Below are positions 6,863 to 15,450 of a DNA stretch of 15,450 bases, one piece after another; position 1 is the first letter of the stretch; the number at the start of each line of letters is the position of its first letter. This stretch comes from Candidatus Rokuibacteriota bacterium (GTDB lineage: Bacteria > Methylomirabilota > Methylomirabilia > Rokubacteriales > DASRDR01). The stretch covers positions 1 to 15,450 of the forward strand of contig JBIOTN010000033.1 of the NCBI GenBank assembly GCA_044866005.1. The letters are read 5' to 3'. The position numbers and the translations under genes are program-made. The notes below the pieces were generated by a model, which was given only the letters and a program-made list of their open reading frames with translations, searched no databases and had not been told where the DNA came from.

Positions 6863-8044
6863 GTGATCGGGTCCGCCGCCCCGACCGAGCTGGCGCGACT
6901 CCGGGCCCTGCTCCGCCGGCTCGAGACCGGAGCGCCGGCACCCCGCCGCTCCGCCTCCCCGCCCGGGCCGGCCCTCGCGCTGGATCGCGTCGAGACGCCG
7001 TACGGCGCGGCCTTCCGGCGGGTCGAGGAGATCGTCCTGCCGGCCTCGCTCGGCGCGTCCAGGCCGGACGGCGAGGGCACGGTCTACCTGGACACCGAGA
7101 CGACGGGACTCGCCGGCGGGACCGGGACGTACGTGTTCCTGGTGGGTCTCGCCGCCTGGACGGGGAACGGCCTGCGGGTGACGCAGTACTTCCTCGGCGA
7201 CCTCGCGGCGGAGGCGGCGTTCCTGGCCGCGGTGCGCGAGGGGCTGGCCGGGACCCGGCAGCTCGTCACGTTCAACGGCCGCACCTTCGACCTGCCGCTC
7301 CTCGAGACGCGCTACCTCCTCACGCGCGCCCCCTGGTGGGGGGGCGACGTGGCGCACCTCGACCTCTACCCGATGGCGCGGGCGCTCTGGCGCGCGCGTG
7401 TGGCGGACTGCCGGCTGACGACGCTCGAGGCCGCCGTGCTCGACCTCGATCGCGGGGACGATCTGCCGGGCGCGGAGATGCCGCGGCTGTACTTCCGTTA
7501 CCTGCGCTGTCGCGACGTGAGCCCGCTTCCGCGCATCTTCGCGCACAATCGCTGGGACCTCCTCGCCCTGGCGGCCCTGGCCACGCGCGCCGAGGCGCTG
7601 CTCGCGGGTCCCGACCCCCGCCACCACCCCCTGGAGTGGCTGGGCGCGGCGCGGTGGCTCGAGCGCCGCGACCGCGAACGGAGCGTCGCGTTCTACGAGG
7701 CGGTCCTCGGGGCGGCGCTCCCCTCGGCGACGCGGACACGGGTGGCCTGGCGGCTGGGCCGGCTCTGGCGGCGGGCCGGGCGCCTGGGCGAGGCGCTCGC
7801 GCTCTGGCGTGACGTGGTGGCGGAGGACGACGCGGCGCCGCTCGGGCTGCTCGTCGATCTCGCCAAGCTCTGCGAGCACCACGCCCACGACCCTGCGGCG
7901 GCCCTCGCCCTGACTGACCGCGCCCTCGCGCGGGCTGCGTTCGAGACTCCCGAGGAGATTCGCGTCGTGGTCCTCGACGCCCTCCGCCACCGGGCGCGTC
8001 GCCTGGCGCGGCGGCTCGGGCTCCGGCAGACGCCGGTGGCCTGA
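6863..8044 (+). CDS. mrfB: RNase H-like DEDDh exonuclease with TPR-like C-terminus (MrfB/YprB family)
   Basis: ExoI LDTETTGLAGG, ExoII TFNGRTFDLP, ExoIII HNRWD, and a helical-repeat C-terminus (LGRLWRRAGRLGEALALW; LAKLCEHH). Lies 12 nt downstream of the MrfA-like gene. Confidence 0.85.
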   Translation: MIGSAAPTELARLRALLRRLETGAPAPRRSASPPGPALALDRVETPYGAAFRRVEEIVLPASLGASRPDGEGTVYLDTETTGLAGGTGTYVFLVGLAAWTGNGLRVTQYFLGDLAAEAAFLAAVREGLAGTRQLVTFNGRTFDLPLLETRYLLTRAPWWGGDVAHLDLYPMARALWRARVADCRLTTLEAAVLDLDRGDDLPGAEMPRLYFRYLRCRDVSPLPRIFAHNRWDLLALAALATRAEALLAGPDPRHHPLEWLGAARWLERRDRERSVAFYEAVLGAALPSATRTRVAWRLGRLWRRAGRLGEALALWRDVVAEDDAAPLGLLVDLAKLCEHHAHDPAAALALTDRALARAAFETPEEIRVVVLDALRHRARRLARRLGLRQTPVA

Positions 8045-8056
8045 TCCTCTCCCGCC

Positions 8057-8083
8057 GGGCGGGTGACCGCAGCGCGCCCGCCC
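8057..8083. terminator. GC hairpin between convergent mrfB and fbpC, possible terminator
   Basis: GGGCGGGTG (8057-8065) pairs with CGCCCGCCC (8075-8083) with one wobble; no U-tract. Confidence 0.25.
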
Positions 8084-8133
8084 ACCGCGCCGGCGCGCGC
8101 AGCGGAGTCCCAGACCGCCCGCCGCCCAGCCGC

Positions 8134-9183
8134 TCAGCCCGCGTCGGCGCGGGGGAAGGCGACCACGTGGGCCGGATTCGCCACGATCCGCACGCGGGTC
8201 CCCACGGGGTGGATCGTCGTCGAGGGCTGGACCGAGTGGACGCGTGCGCCCGACGGGAGCCTCAGCCGGTAGAGGTGTTCCGACCCGTGGAACTGGCGGC
8301 CGACGATCATCACGTCGCCCGCCTCGTGCGGGACGAAGTCGATGTCGTCCGGCCGGACCATGATGTCGACCGGCGTCCCGGGCCGGTACGCGCCGGGATT
8401 CTGGAAGGTGCCGATCTCCGACACGATTCCCCGGGGCTCCACGATGCAGCAGAGGAAGTCCGCCTCGCCCACGAACTCGGCGACGAACCGCGTGGCGGGG
8501 TGGTGGTAGACCTCGTACGGCACGTCGATCTGTTCGAGGCGCCCGGCGCGCAGGACCCCCACGCGATCGGCGAGCGTGAAGGCCTCCTGCTGGTCGTGGG
8601 TCACGAAGACGGCCGTGGTGCCGGTGGTCCGGAGGATCGTCTGGATCTCCTCCCGCATCACGGCGCGCAGGTCGGCGTCGAGGTTGGAGAAGGGCTCGTC
8701 GAGCAGGATGAGGACCGGCGCGGGGGCGAGGGCTCGCGCCAGCGCCACGCGCTGTTGCTGGCCGCCGGAGAGCTCGTGGGGAAAGCGCTGGCCCAGGGCG
8801 GCGAGGCCGACGAGGTCGAGGACCTCGGCCACCCGGCGGGCGCGTACCGGGCGCTCGAGCCGCGCGAGGCCGAAGCCGACGTTCCGCGCCACGGTCAGGT
8901 GCGGGAAGAGGGCGTAGTCCTGGAACACGACGCCGATGCCTCGGGCCTCGGGCGGCAGGACCCGGGCCGGGTCCGAGACGCGCCGGCCGCGGATCTCCAC
9001 GCTTCCCCGATCCGGCACCTCGAACCCCGCGATGAGGCGGAGCGTCGTCGTCTTGCCGCAACCCGAGGGGCCCAGCAGCGCCAGAATCTCGCCGGCCTCG
9101 ACGGTCAGCGACAGGGCGTCGACGGCCGGCGGGTCCCGGCGCCCGAATCGCTTGGTGACGTCGTGAAGGCGAAGGAGCGTCAC
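8134..9183 (-). CDS. fbpC: Fe3+ ABC transporter ATP-binding protein (FbpC/AfuC/FutC-like)
   Basis: Walker A GPSGCGKT, VFQDYALFPHL, LSGGQQQR, Walker B LLDEPFSNLD, VTHDQ and a TOBE-like C-terminus. GTG 9183 was chosen as start (uncertain). Adjacent to the Fe3+ binding protein and permease. Confidence 0.88.
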   Translation of the reverse strand: MTLLRLHDVTKRFGRRDPPAVDALSLTVEAGEILALLGPSGCGKTTTLRLIAGFEVPDRGSVEIRGRRVSDPARVLPPEARGIGVVFQDYALFPHLTVARNVGFGLARLERPVRARRVAEVLDLVGLAALGQRFPHELSGGQQQRVALARALAPAPVLILLDEPFSNLDADLRAVMREEIQTILRTTGTTAVFVTHDQQEAFTLADRVGVLRAGRLEQIDVPYEVYHHPATRFVAEFVGEADFLCCIVEPRGIVSEIGTFQNPGAYRPGTPVDIMVRPDDIDFVPHEAGDVMIVGRQFHGSEHLYRLRLPSGARVHSVQPSTTIHPVGTRVRIVANPAHVVAFPRADAG

Positions 9184-9292
9184 GGTCGTCCCGCGGGGAG
9201 GGCTGGCGCCCCGCTGCCGAGGCGGCACGGCGCGACCGGCCGGCCATGTCCGATCGTCGCCGAGACCCCTCTCGCGGAGCACCGAACGTGAT

Positions 9293-9330
9293 ATTTTAGG
9301 CTTGACACATGTACCCTATTAGGGAACCCT
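9293..9330. promoter_or_regulatory. Overlapping divergent promoter elements for fbpC and fbpAB
   Basis: AT-rich island with plus-strand TTGACA at 9302-9307 (weak -10 AACCCT at 17 nt) and minus-strand TAAAAT at 9293-9298. Confidence 0.45.
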
Positions 9331-9332
9331 AA
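9319..9332. promoter_or_regulatory. Palindromic operator TTAGGGAACCCTAA, DtxR/IdeR-family-like
   Basis: TTAGGG-AA-CCCTAA fits the TTAGG-N4-CCTAA core of the DtxR/IdeR consensus and sits between divergent iron-uptake genes. Confidence 0.6.
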
Positions 9333-9426
9333 CAAAGCCGGCCGCAGCGGGCGCCATTGTAGCGCCGCGGCGCGGCCGACGCAAATGGCCCGGGCCGCGA
9401 GGGAAAACGGCCCAGGAGGATGATCG

Positions 9427-10455
9427 ATGCTCACGCGCATGCTGTCCGGACGACCGACCGTCGTGCTGCTGGCGACGCTGTGCGCGCTGTTCGGCCTGCC
9501 TGCTCATCAGGCGGGCGCCCAGCCCGCCGAGGTCGTCGTCTATTCGGCCCGCATCGAGCAGTTCATCAAGCCGATGTTCGATGCGTTCACCCGCCAGACG
9601 GGCATCATGGTGAAGTCCTTCAGCGCGAGCGAAGCCGAGTTGTTCGAGCGCCTCAAGGCGGAGGGGCCGGGCACGCCCGCGGACGTGCTCATGACCGTGG
9701 ATGTCGGCAACCTGTGGCTGGCCCAGCAGGCGGGCCTCCTCCAGGGGTTCCCGTCGGCGATCGTCGAGAAGAGCATTCCCGCCCATCTCCGGGCGAGGAA
9801 CAACGAGTGGGTCGGGCTCTCGGTCCGTGCGCGCACCATCGCCTACAGCACCGAGCGGGTCAGGTCCGAGGAGCTGTCCACCTACGAAGCCCTCGGAAAT
9901 CCGCGGTGGCGTGGCCGGCTCTGCCTGCGCACCTCGGCGAAGGTCTACAACCAGTCGATGGTGGCGACCATGATCAAGACGCTCGGCGAGCGGCGGACCG
10001 AGGAGGTGCTCAGGGCCTGGATGGCCCACGAGCCGCGCATCTTCTCGAGCGACACCAAGCTCCTCGAGGCCATCGCGGCCGGTCAGTGCGACGTCGGCCT
10101 GGTGAACACATACTACCTGGCGCAGCTCACGGCCAAGGACGCGGCGTTCCCGGTGGCGCTCTTCTGGCCGAACCAGCAGGACCGTGGCGTCCACGTCAAC
10201 ATCTCGGGAGCCGGTGTGACGCGGCACGCGAAGCACCGCGAGAGCGCGATCAAGCTGATCGAGTTCCTGAGCTCCCCGGAGGCCCAGAACCTCTATGCCG
10301 ACGTCAACTACGAGTACCCGGCCAACCCGTCGGTGAGGCCGAGCGCCCTGCTCGCCGCCTGGGGGACGTTCAAGGCGGATCGGGTCGACGTGGCGGCCGC
10401 CGGGGAGCTGCAGGCCGCCGCGGTCAGGCTGATGGACCGCGTGGGGTGGAGGTAA
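9427..10455 (+). CDS. fbpA: Fe3+ ABC transporter substrate-binding protein (FbpA/FutA/IdiA family)
   Basis: SD AGGAGGA and a signal peptide. Motifs VYSAR, ADVLMTVDVGNL, WVGLSVRAR, YNQS, GLVNTYY (tandem Tyr ligands), GVHVNISG and NYEYP. Confidence 0.92.
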   Translation: MLTRMLSGRPTVVLLATLCALFGLPAHQAGAQPAEVVVYSARIEQFIKPMFDAFTRQTGIMVKSFSASEAELFERLKAEGPGTPADVLMTVDVGNLWLAQQAGLLQGFPSAIVEKSIPAHLRARNNEWVGLSVRARTIAYSTERVRSEELSTYEALGNPRWRGRLCLRTSAKVYNQSMVATMIKTLGERRTEEVLRAWMAHEPRIFSSDTKLLEAIAAGQCDVGLVNTYYLAQLTAKDAAFPVALFWPNQQDRGVHVNISGAGVTRHAKHRESAIKLIEFLSSPEAQNLYADVNYEYPANPSVRPSALLAAWGTFKADRVDVAAAGELQAAAVRLMDRVGWR

Positions 10456-10474
10456 CGCCGCTCGTCTGGCTCCC

Positions 10475-12142
10475 ATGAGCCGGGCCGCGCCGAACGGCTC
10501 CACCACCTGGCCGCGCGCCGTCCGCCCGGCCCGCGATGGCTGGCCGGCGGCGGCGGGCGCCGTGGCGCTCGTCGTCGCGACCCCCGTCCTGTTCGTGTGC
10601 GCCTCCCTGGCGGCGCCGAGCGTCGACGTCTGGCGCCACCTCTGGGCCACCCAGCTCCCGGGCCTGGTGGGAAACACCCTCGCCCTGATCGCCGGCGTCG
10701 GCGCCGGGGTCGCCCTCCTGGGCACCGGCCTGGCGTGGCTCGTCACCACGTACCGGTTCCCGGGCTGCGGCGCCTTCGAGTGGCTCCTGATCCTGCCGCT
10801 CGCCATGCCGGCGTACGTGATCGGCTTCGTGTTCCTCGCGGTCTTCGACTTCGCGGGGCCGGTGCAGCGCGGGCTTCGTGCCCTGCTGGGGGGCCGGCCC
10901 TGGTTTCCGGACGTCGCCTCCTACGGCGGCGTCGTCCTGGTCATGACGCTCGTCCTCTATCCCTACGTGTACATGCTTGCCCGTGCCGCCTTCCTCGAGC
11001 GCTCGGAGGCGGCGGTCGAAGCGGCGCGGGCTCTCGGCCTCTCCCGGCGGGCCGTCTTCTGGCGCGTGGCGCTCCCGCTCGCGCGACCGGCGATCGTGGC
11101 GGGGCTGACGCTGGCGCTGATGGAGGCCCTGGCCGATTTCGGCACCGTGGCCATCTTCAACTACCCGACCTTCACGGTCGCGATCTACCGCGTCTGGTTC
11201 GGGCTGTTCGACCGGCACGCGGCCACCGAGCTGGCCAGCCTGCTGGTGCTCGTGACCCTGACGCTCTACGTCGCCGAGCGCGGCCTCCGTGGTCGCGCGC
11301 GCTTCGATCCCCGCGGCGGGAGCCCCCGCGCGACCGCCCGCACCACGCTGACCGGATGGCGCGCCTGGGCGGCCACCGGGCTCGCCGCCCTCGTCGTCGG
11401 GGCGGCGTTCGTCCTGCCGGTCGTCCGGCTCCTGACCTGGATTCCGCACGGCGGGGGCTGGGATCCCCGCTACGCGCGCTTCTTGGCGAACACCGTGGCG
11501 CTGGCGGCGGCGGCCGCGGTGATCGTCGTCGGCGCGGCGCTCGTCGTGGCCTACGGCGTGCGGCAGAGCGGTCGGCCGAGCGTGACGCTCTTCGCGCGCA
11601 TCGCGAGCCTGGGCTACGCCGTGCCGGGGTCGGTCATCGCGGTGGGGATCCTGTCCCTGGTGGCCGGGCTGGACCGCGCGCTCAGCGGCCTGCTCGCCGG
11701 GGCGCTCGGCCGGCCGGCCCGCCTGCTCGTCACCGGATCGCTGGTCGGGCTCGTCTTCGCGTACACGGTGCGGTTCCTGGCCGTCGGCTACCAGGCCGTC
11801 GAATCGAGCCTCGTCCGGATCACGCCGAGCATGGACATGGCCGCACGCTCACTGGGCGACACACCTTCCGGCGTCCTCCGGCGGGTCCATCTGCCGCTCC
11901 TCCGCCGCGGGCTCTTCACCGCCGGGCTCCTCGTGTTCGTGGACGTGATGAAGGAGATGCCGGCGACGCTGTTGCTGCGCCCCCTCGACTACGAGACGCT
12001 GGCCGTGCGGGTCTGGCAGTTCACCTCGGAGTCCCTGTGGGAGGCGGCCGCGCTGCCGGCGCTCACGATCGTGGCGGCGGGCATCCTCCCGGTCGTCGTC
12101 CTCGTCCGCAGCAGCGGACGGCCGCGCCCCGGCCCCCGCTGA
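10475..12142 (+). CDS. fbpB: Fe3+ ABC transporter permease, two fused transmembrane domains (FbpB/FutB)
   Basis: LPLAMPAYV, LYPYVY, EAARALG, MEALADFG, GYAVPGSVIAVG, MAARSLG and VFVDVMKEMPATLLLRP. Confidence 0.92.
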   Translation: MSRAAPNGSTTWPRAVRPARDGWPAAAGAVALVVATPVLFVCASLAAPSVDVWRHLWATQLPGLVGNTLALIAGVGAGVALLGTGLAWLVTTYRFPGCGAFEWLLILPLAMPAYVIGFVFLAVFDFAGPVQRGLRALLGGRPWFPDVASYGGVVLVMTLVLYPYVYMLARAAFLERSEAAVEAARALGLSRRAVFWRVALPLARPAIVAGLTLALMEALADFGTVAIFNYPTFTVAIYRVWFGLFDRHAATELASLLVLVTLTLYVAERGLRGRARFDPRGGSPRATARTTLTGWRAWAATGLAALVVGAAFVLPVVRLLTWIPHGGGWDPRYARFLANTVALAAAAAVIVVGAALVVAYGVRQSGRPSVTLFARIASLGYAVPGSVIAVGILSLVAGLDRALSGLLAGALGRPARLLVTGSLVGLVFAYTVRFLAVGYQAVESSLVRITPSMDMAARSLGDTPSGVLRRVHLPLLRRGLFTAGLLVFVDVMKEMPATLLLRPLDYETLAVRVWQFTSESLWEAAALPALTIVAAGILPVVVLVRSSGRPRPGPR

Positions 12143-12171
12143 GAGGCTGTCGGCCTCGGGGCCCCGCGGAC

Positions 12172-13146
12172 TCAGCCCCCCAGCACGTCAGGATTGACCG
12201 GGTTCGGGGGGCGCTGGCCGCCCAGGACGGCGAGACAGTTCTCGACCGCCATCATCGCCATCTTGGTCCGCGTCTCCCGGGAGGCCGAGGCGACGTGGGG
12301 GGCGAGGACGGCGTTCCGGCATTCCAGGAGTCCCGGGTCGACCTTCGGCTCTTCCTCGTAAACGTCGAGCCCCGCCCCGGCGATCCAGCCTTCCTTCAGC
12401 GCGCGGACGAGCGCCGCCTCGTGGACGACCGGACCTCGCGCGGCGTTGATGAGGTAGGCGGTCTGCTTCATCCGGCGAAGCTCCGGCTCGCCGATGTAGT
12501 GCCGGGTCTCGGGTAGCAGGGGGACGTGCAGGGTGACGAAGTCGGCCTCCCGGAGCACCTCCTCCTTCTCCCGGTAGGTGAGCCCCAGCTCCTGCTCGGC
12601 GGCCTGGTCCCGGATCGCGTCGTGGTAGAGGAGCCGCATCGAGAAGCCGCGGGCGCGGCGGGCCACCGCCTTGCCGATCCGCCCGAGTCCGCAGATGCCG
12701 AGCGTCTTGCCGAACACGTCGCTGCCGAGGAGCAGCATGAGCCCCCACTCGGTGAACTTGCCCGCCCGCGTGTAGGCGTCGGCCTCCACGACGCGCCGCG
12801 CCGTCGCCATGAGGAGCGTCCAGGCGAAGTCCGCGGTGGTCTCGGTCAGGACCCCGGGCGTGTTCGTCACGACGATCTTCCGCCGGCTCGCCGCGGCCAC
12901 GTCGATGTTGTCGTAGCCCACGGCGACGTTGGCGACCACCCGGAGCCGCGGCGCCTGGGCCAGCAGGGCATCGTCGACCGTGTCGGTGAGCAGGCAGACG
13001 AGCCCCTCCACGTCCCGGACCTGCGCGGCCAGCTCGGCGCGGCTGAGCCGCCGGTCCTCCGGGTTGGCGCGCACGGTCGCCCGGGCCCCTGCCCGGTCGA
13101 GCGCCTCGCGGGGAAGCGGTCGCGAGATGAAGATGGTTCCCGGCAT
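12172..13146 (-). CDS. gyaR: D-isomer-specific 2-hydroxyacid dehydrogenase (glyoxylate reductase / D-glycerate dehydrogenase type)
   Basis: AVGYDNID, TNTPGVLTETTAD, Rossmann GLGRIG, LINAARG, GLDVYEEEP and catalytic APHVAS; SD GGAGG. Confidence 0.88.
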   Translation of the reverse strand: MPGTIFISRPLPREALDRAGARATVRANPEDRRLSRAELAAQVRDVEGLVCLLTDTVDDALLAQAPRLRVVANVAVGYDNIDVAAASRRKIVVTNTPGVLTETTADFAWTLLMATARRVVEADAYTRAGKFTEWGLMLLLGSDVFGKTLGICGLGRIGKAVARRARGFSMRLLYHDAIRDQAAEQELGLTYREKEEVLREADFVTLHVPLLPETRHYIGEPELRRMKQTAYLINAARGPVVHEAALVRALKEGWIAGAGLDVYEEEPKVDPGLLECRNAVLAPHVASASRETRTKMAMMAVENCLAVLGGQRPPNPVNPDVLGG

Positions 13147-13301
13147 GTCGGGACCTCCCCTCCGCCCTCACCCCCCCGAGCGGGCCCGGAACGCTCCCTC
13201 GGGGTCGGGCCGGTGTATGTTCGGTAACGTCCTGTATATATTACCTGATCTCCCAGGACCGCCCCGGAGCTCGCGATGCCCGGGGGGAAGGAAGTTTCCA
13301 A

Positions 13302-13330
13302 TTGACGGGCGGCTGGGGCGCCGCTATATT
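13302..13330 (+). promoter_or_regulatory. Sigma70/SigA-type promoter of groESL
   Basis: TTGACG (13302-13307), 17 nt spacer, TATATT (13325-13330), overlapping the start of CIRCE. Confidence 0.8.
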
Positions 13331-13355
13331 AGCACTCGCCCCAATGGAGTGCTAA
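13329..13355 (+). promoter_or_regulatory. CIRCE element (HrcA operator)
   Basis: Exact consensus TTAGCACTC-N9-GAGTGCTAA upstream of groES. Confidence 0.97.
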
Positions 13356-13437
13356 TAACGAGTATGGGGTCGGCGATCCTCGCCCGACCCACCGCCGCAC
13401 CCGCGGATGACCCGCTAACGAAGGAGGGACTGGCACT

Positions 13438-13743
13438 ATGGCGACCGCCACGAAGACCAAGTTTCGCCCGCTGCACGACCGCATCCTCGTCAAACGGATG
13501 GAAGAGGAAGAGGAGCGGCGAGGCGGCATCATCATTCCCGACACCGCGAAGGAGAAGCCCCAGCAGGGCAAGGTCGTCGCCGTCGGCACCGGCAAGGTGA
13601 CCGAGGACGGCAAGAAGCTCGCGCTCGACGTCAAGGCGGGCGACCGCATCCTGTTCGGCAAGTACTCCGGCAACGAGGTCAAGATCGACGACGAAGAGTA
13701 TCTCATTCTCCGCGAGGAGGACGTGCTCGGGATTCTCGACTAA
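13438..13743 (+). CDS. groES: Co-chaperonin GroES
   Basis: [40 protein letters not shown] and REEDVLG; SD AAGGAGG. Confidence 0.98.
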   Translation: MATATKTKFRPLHDRILVKRMEEEEERRGGIIIPDTAKEKPQQGKVVAVGTGKVTEDGKKLALDVKAGDRILFGKYSGNEVKIDDEEYLILREEDVLGILD

Positions 13744-13797
13744 CCGGCTGGCCGCGCAGCCAGTCTAGCGCAATCGCCGACAAGGAGGAACGTGTCC

Positions 13798-15420
<1,623 letters not shown>

Positions 15421-15425
15421 CAACT

Positions 15426-15450
15426 TCGGAGGGGGCCACGACGGCCCCCT
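15426..15450. repeat. Extragenic palindrome copy 3 (truncated by the window end)
   Basis: TCGGAGGGGGCC-ACGAC-GGCCCCCT, 5 nt after the groEL TAG; inverted on the chromosome relative to copies 1 and 2. Confidence 0.88.

Noticed and set aside
4463..8044. DUF1998 helicase plus nuclease as an anti-phage system (DISARM/Druantia-like)
   Set aside because: No methylase, PLD nuclease or other defence partners; composition matches the flanks and the architecture matches MrfAB.
3320..9291. Long alternative ORFs (3320-6664 -, 4990-7812 +, 6860-9247 -, 8167-9291 +)
   Set aside because: They overlap well-supported genes, are mostly Arg/Pro/Gly/Ala-rich or antisense mirrors, and reflect stop-codon scarcity at high GC.
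12143..12157. GAGGC-TGTCG-GCCTC mini-hairpin after the fbpB stop as a degenerate repeat copy or terminator
   Set aside because: Only a 5-bp stem with no U-tract; too short to distinguish from chance.
13232..13247. CTGTATATATTACCTG resembling a proteobacterial LexA box
   Set aside because: The right half is CTG instead of the required CAG, and the flanking genes are not SOS genes.

Overview
GC-rich, gene-dense bacterial chromosome segment with 11 supportable CDSs. The lineage is uncertain; Ca. Rokubacteria/Methylomirabilota-like is only my impression from GroEL and gene content. Gene order: a peptide/nickel/glutathione-type ABC module without ATPase in the window (dppA-dppB-dppC, minus), a VanZ-like membrane protein (minus), a divergent MrfA-like DUF1998 helicase plus MrfB/YprB-like DEDDh exonuclease (plus), an Fe3+ ABC transporter whose ATPase is transcribed divergently from its binding protein and permease, a glyoxylate reductase-type dehydrogenase (minus), and CIRCE-controlled groES-groEL (plus). 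The most interesting non-coding signals are three. (1) A 12-bp-stem palindrome occurs three times, always 2-5 nt after a stop codon and in the same orientation relative to the gene. (2) One copy lies in a 189-bp multi-hairpin unit bracketed by a CCTAGC direct repeat that duplicates the dppA TAG stop, suggesting a MITE/REP-like element. (3) A TTAGG-N4-CCTAA DtxR/IdeR-type palindrome sits in the iron-transporter promoter region. I saw no transposase, CRISPR array, tRNA or rRNA. Most of the window is housekeeping, and I cannot claim a novel protein system.
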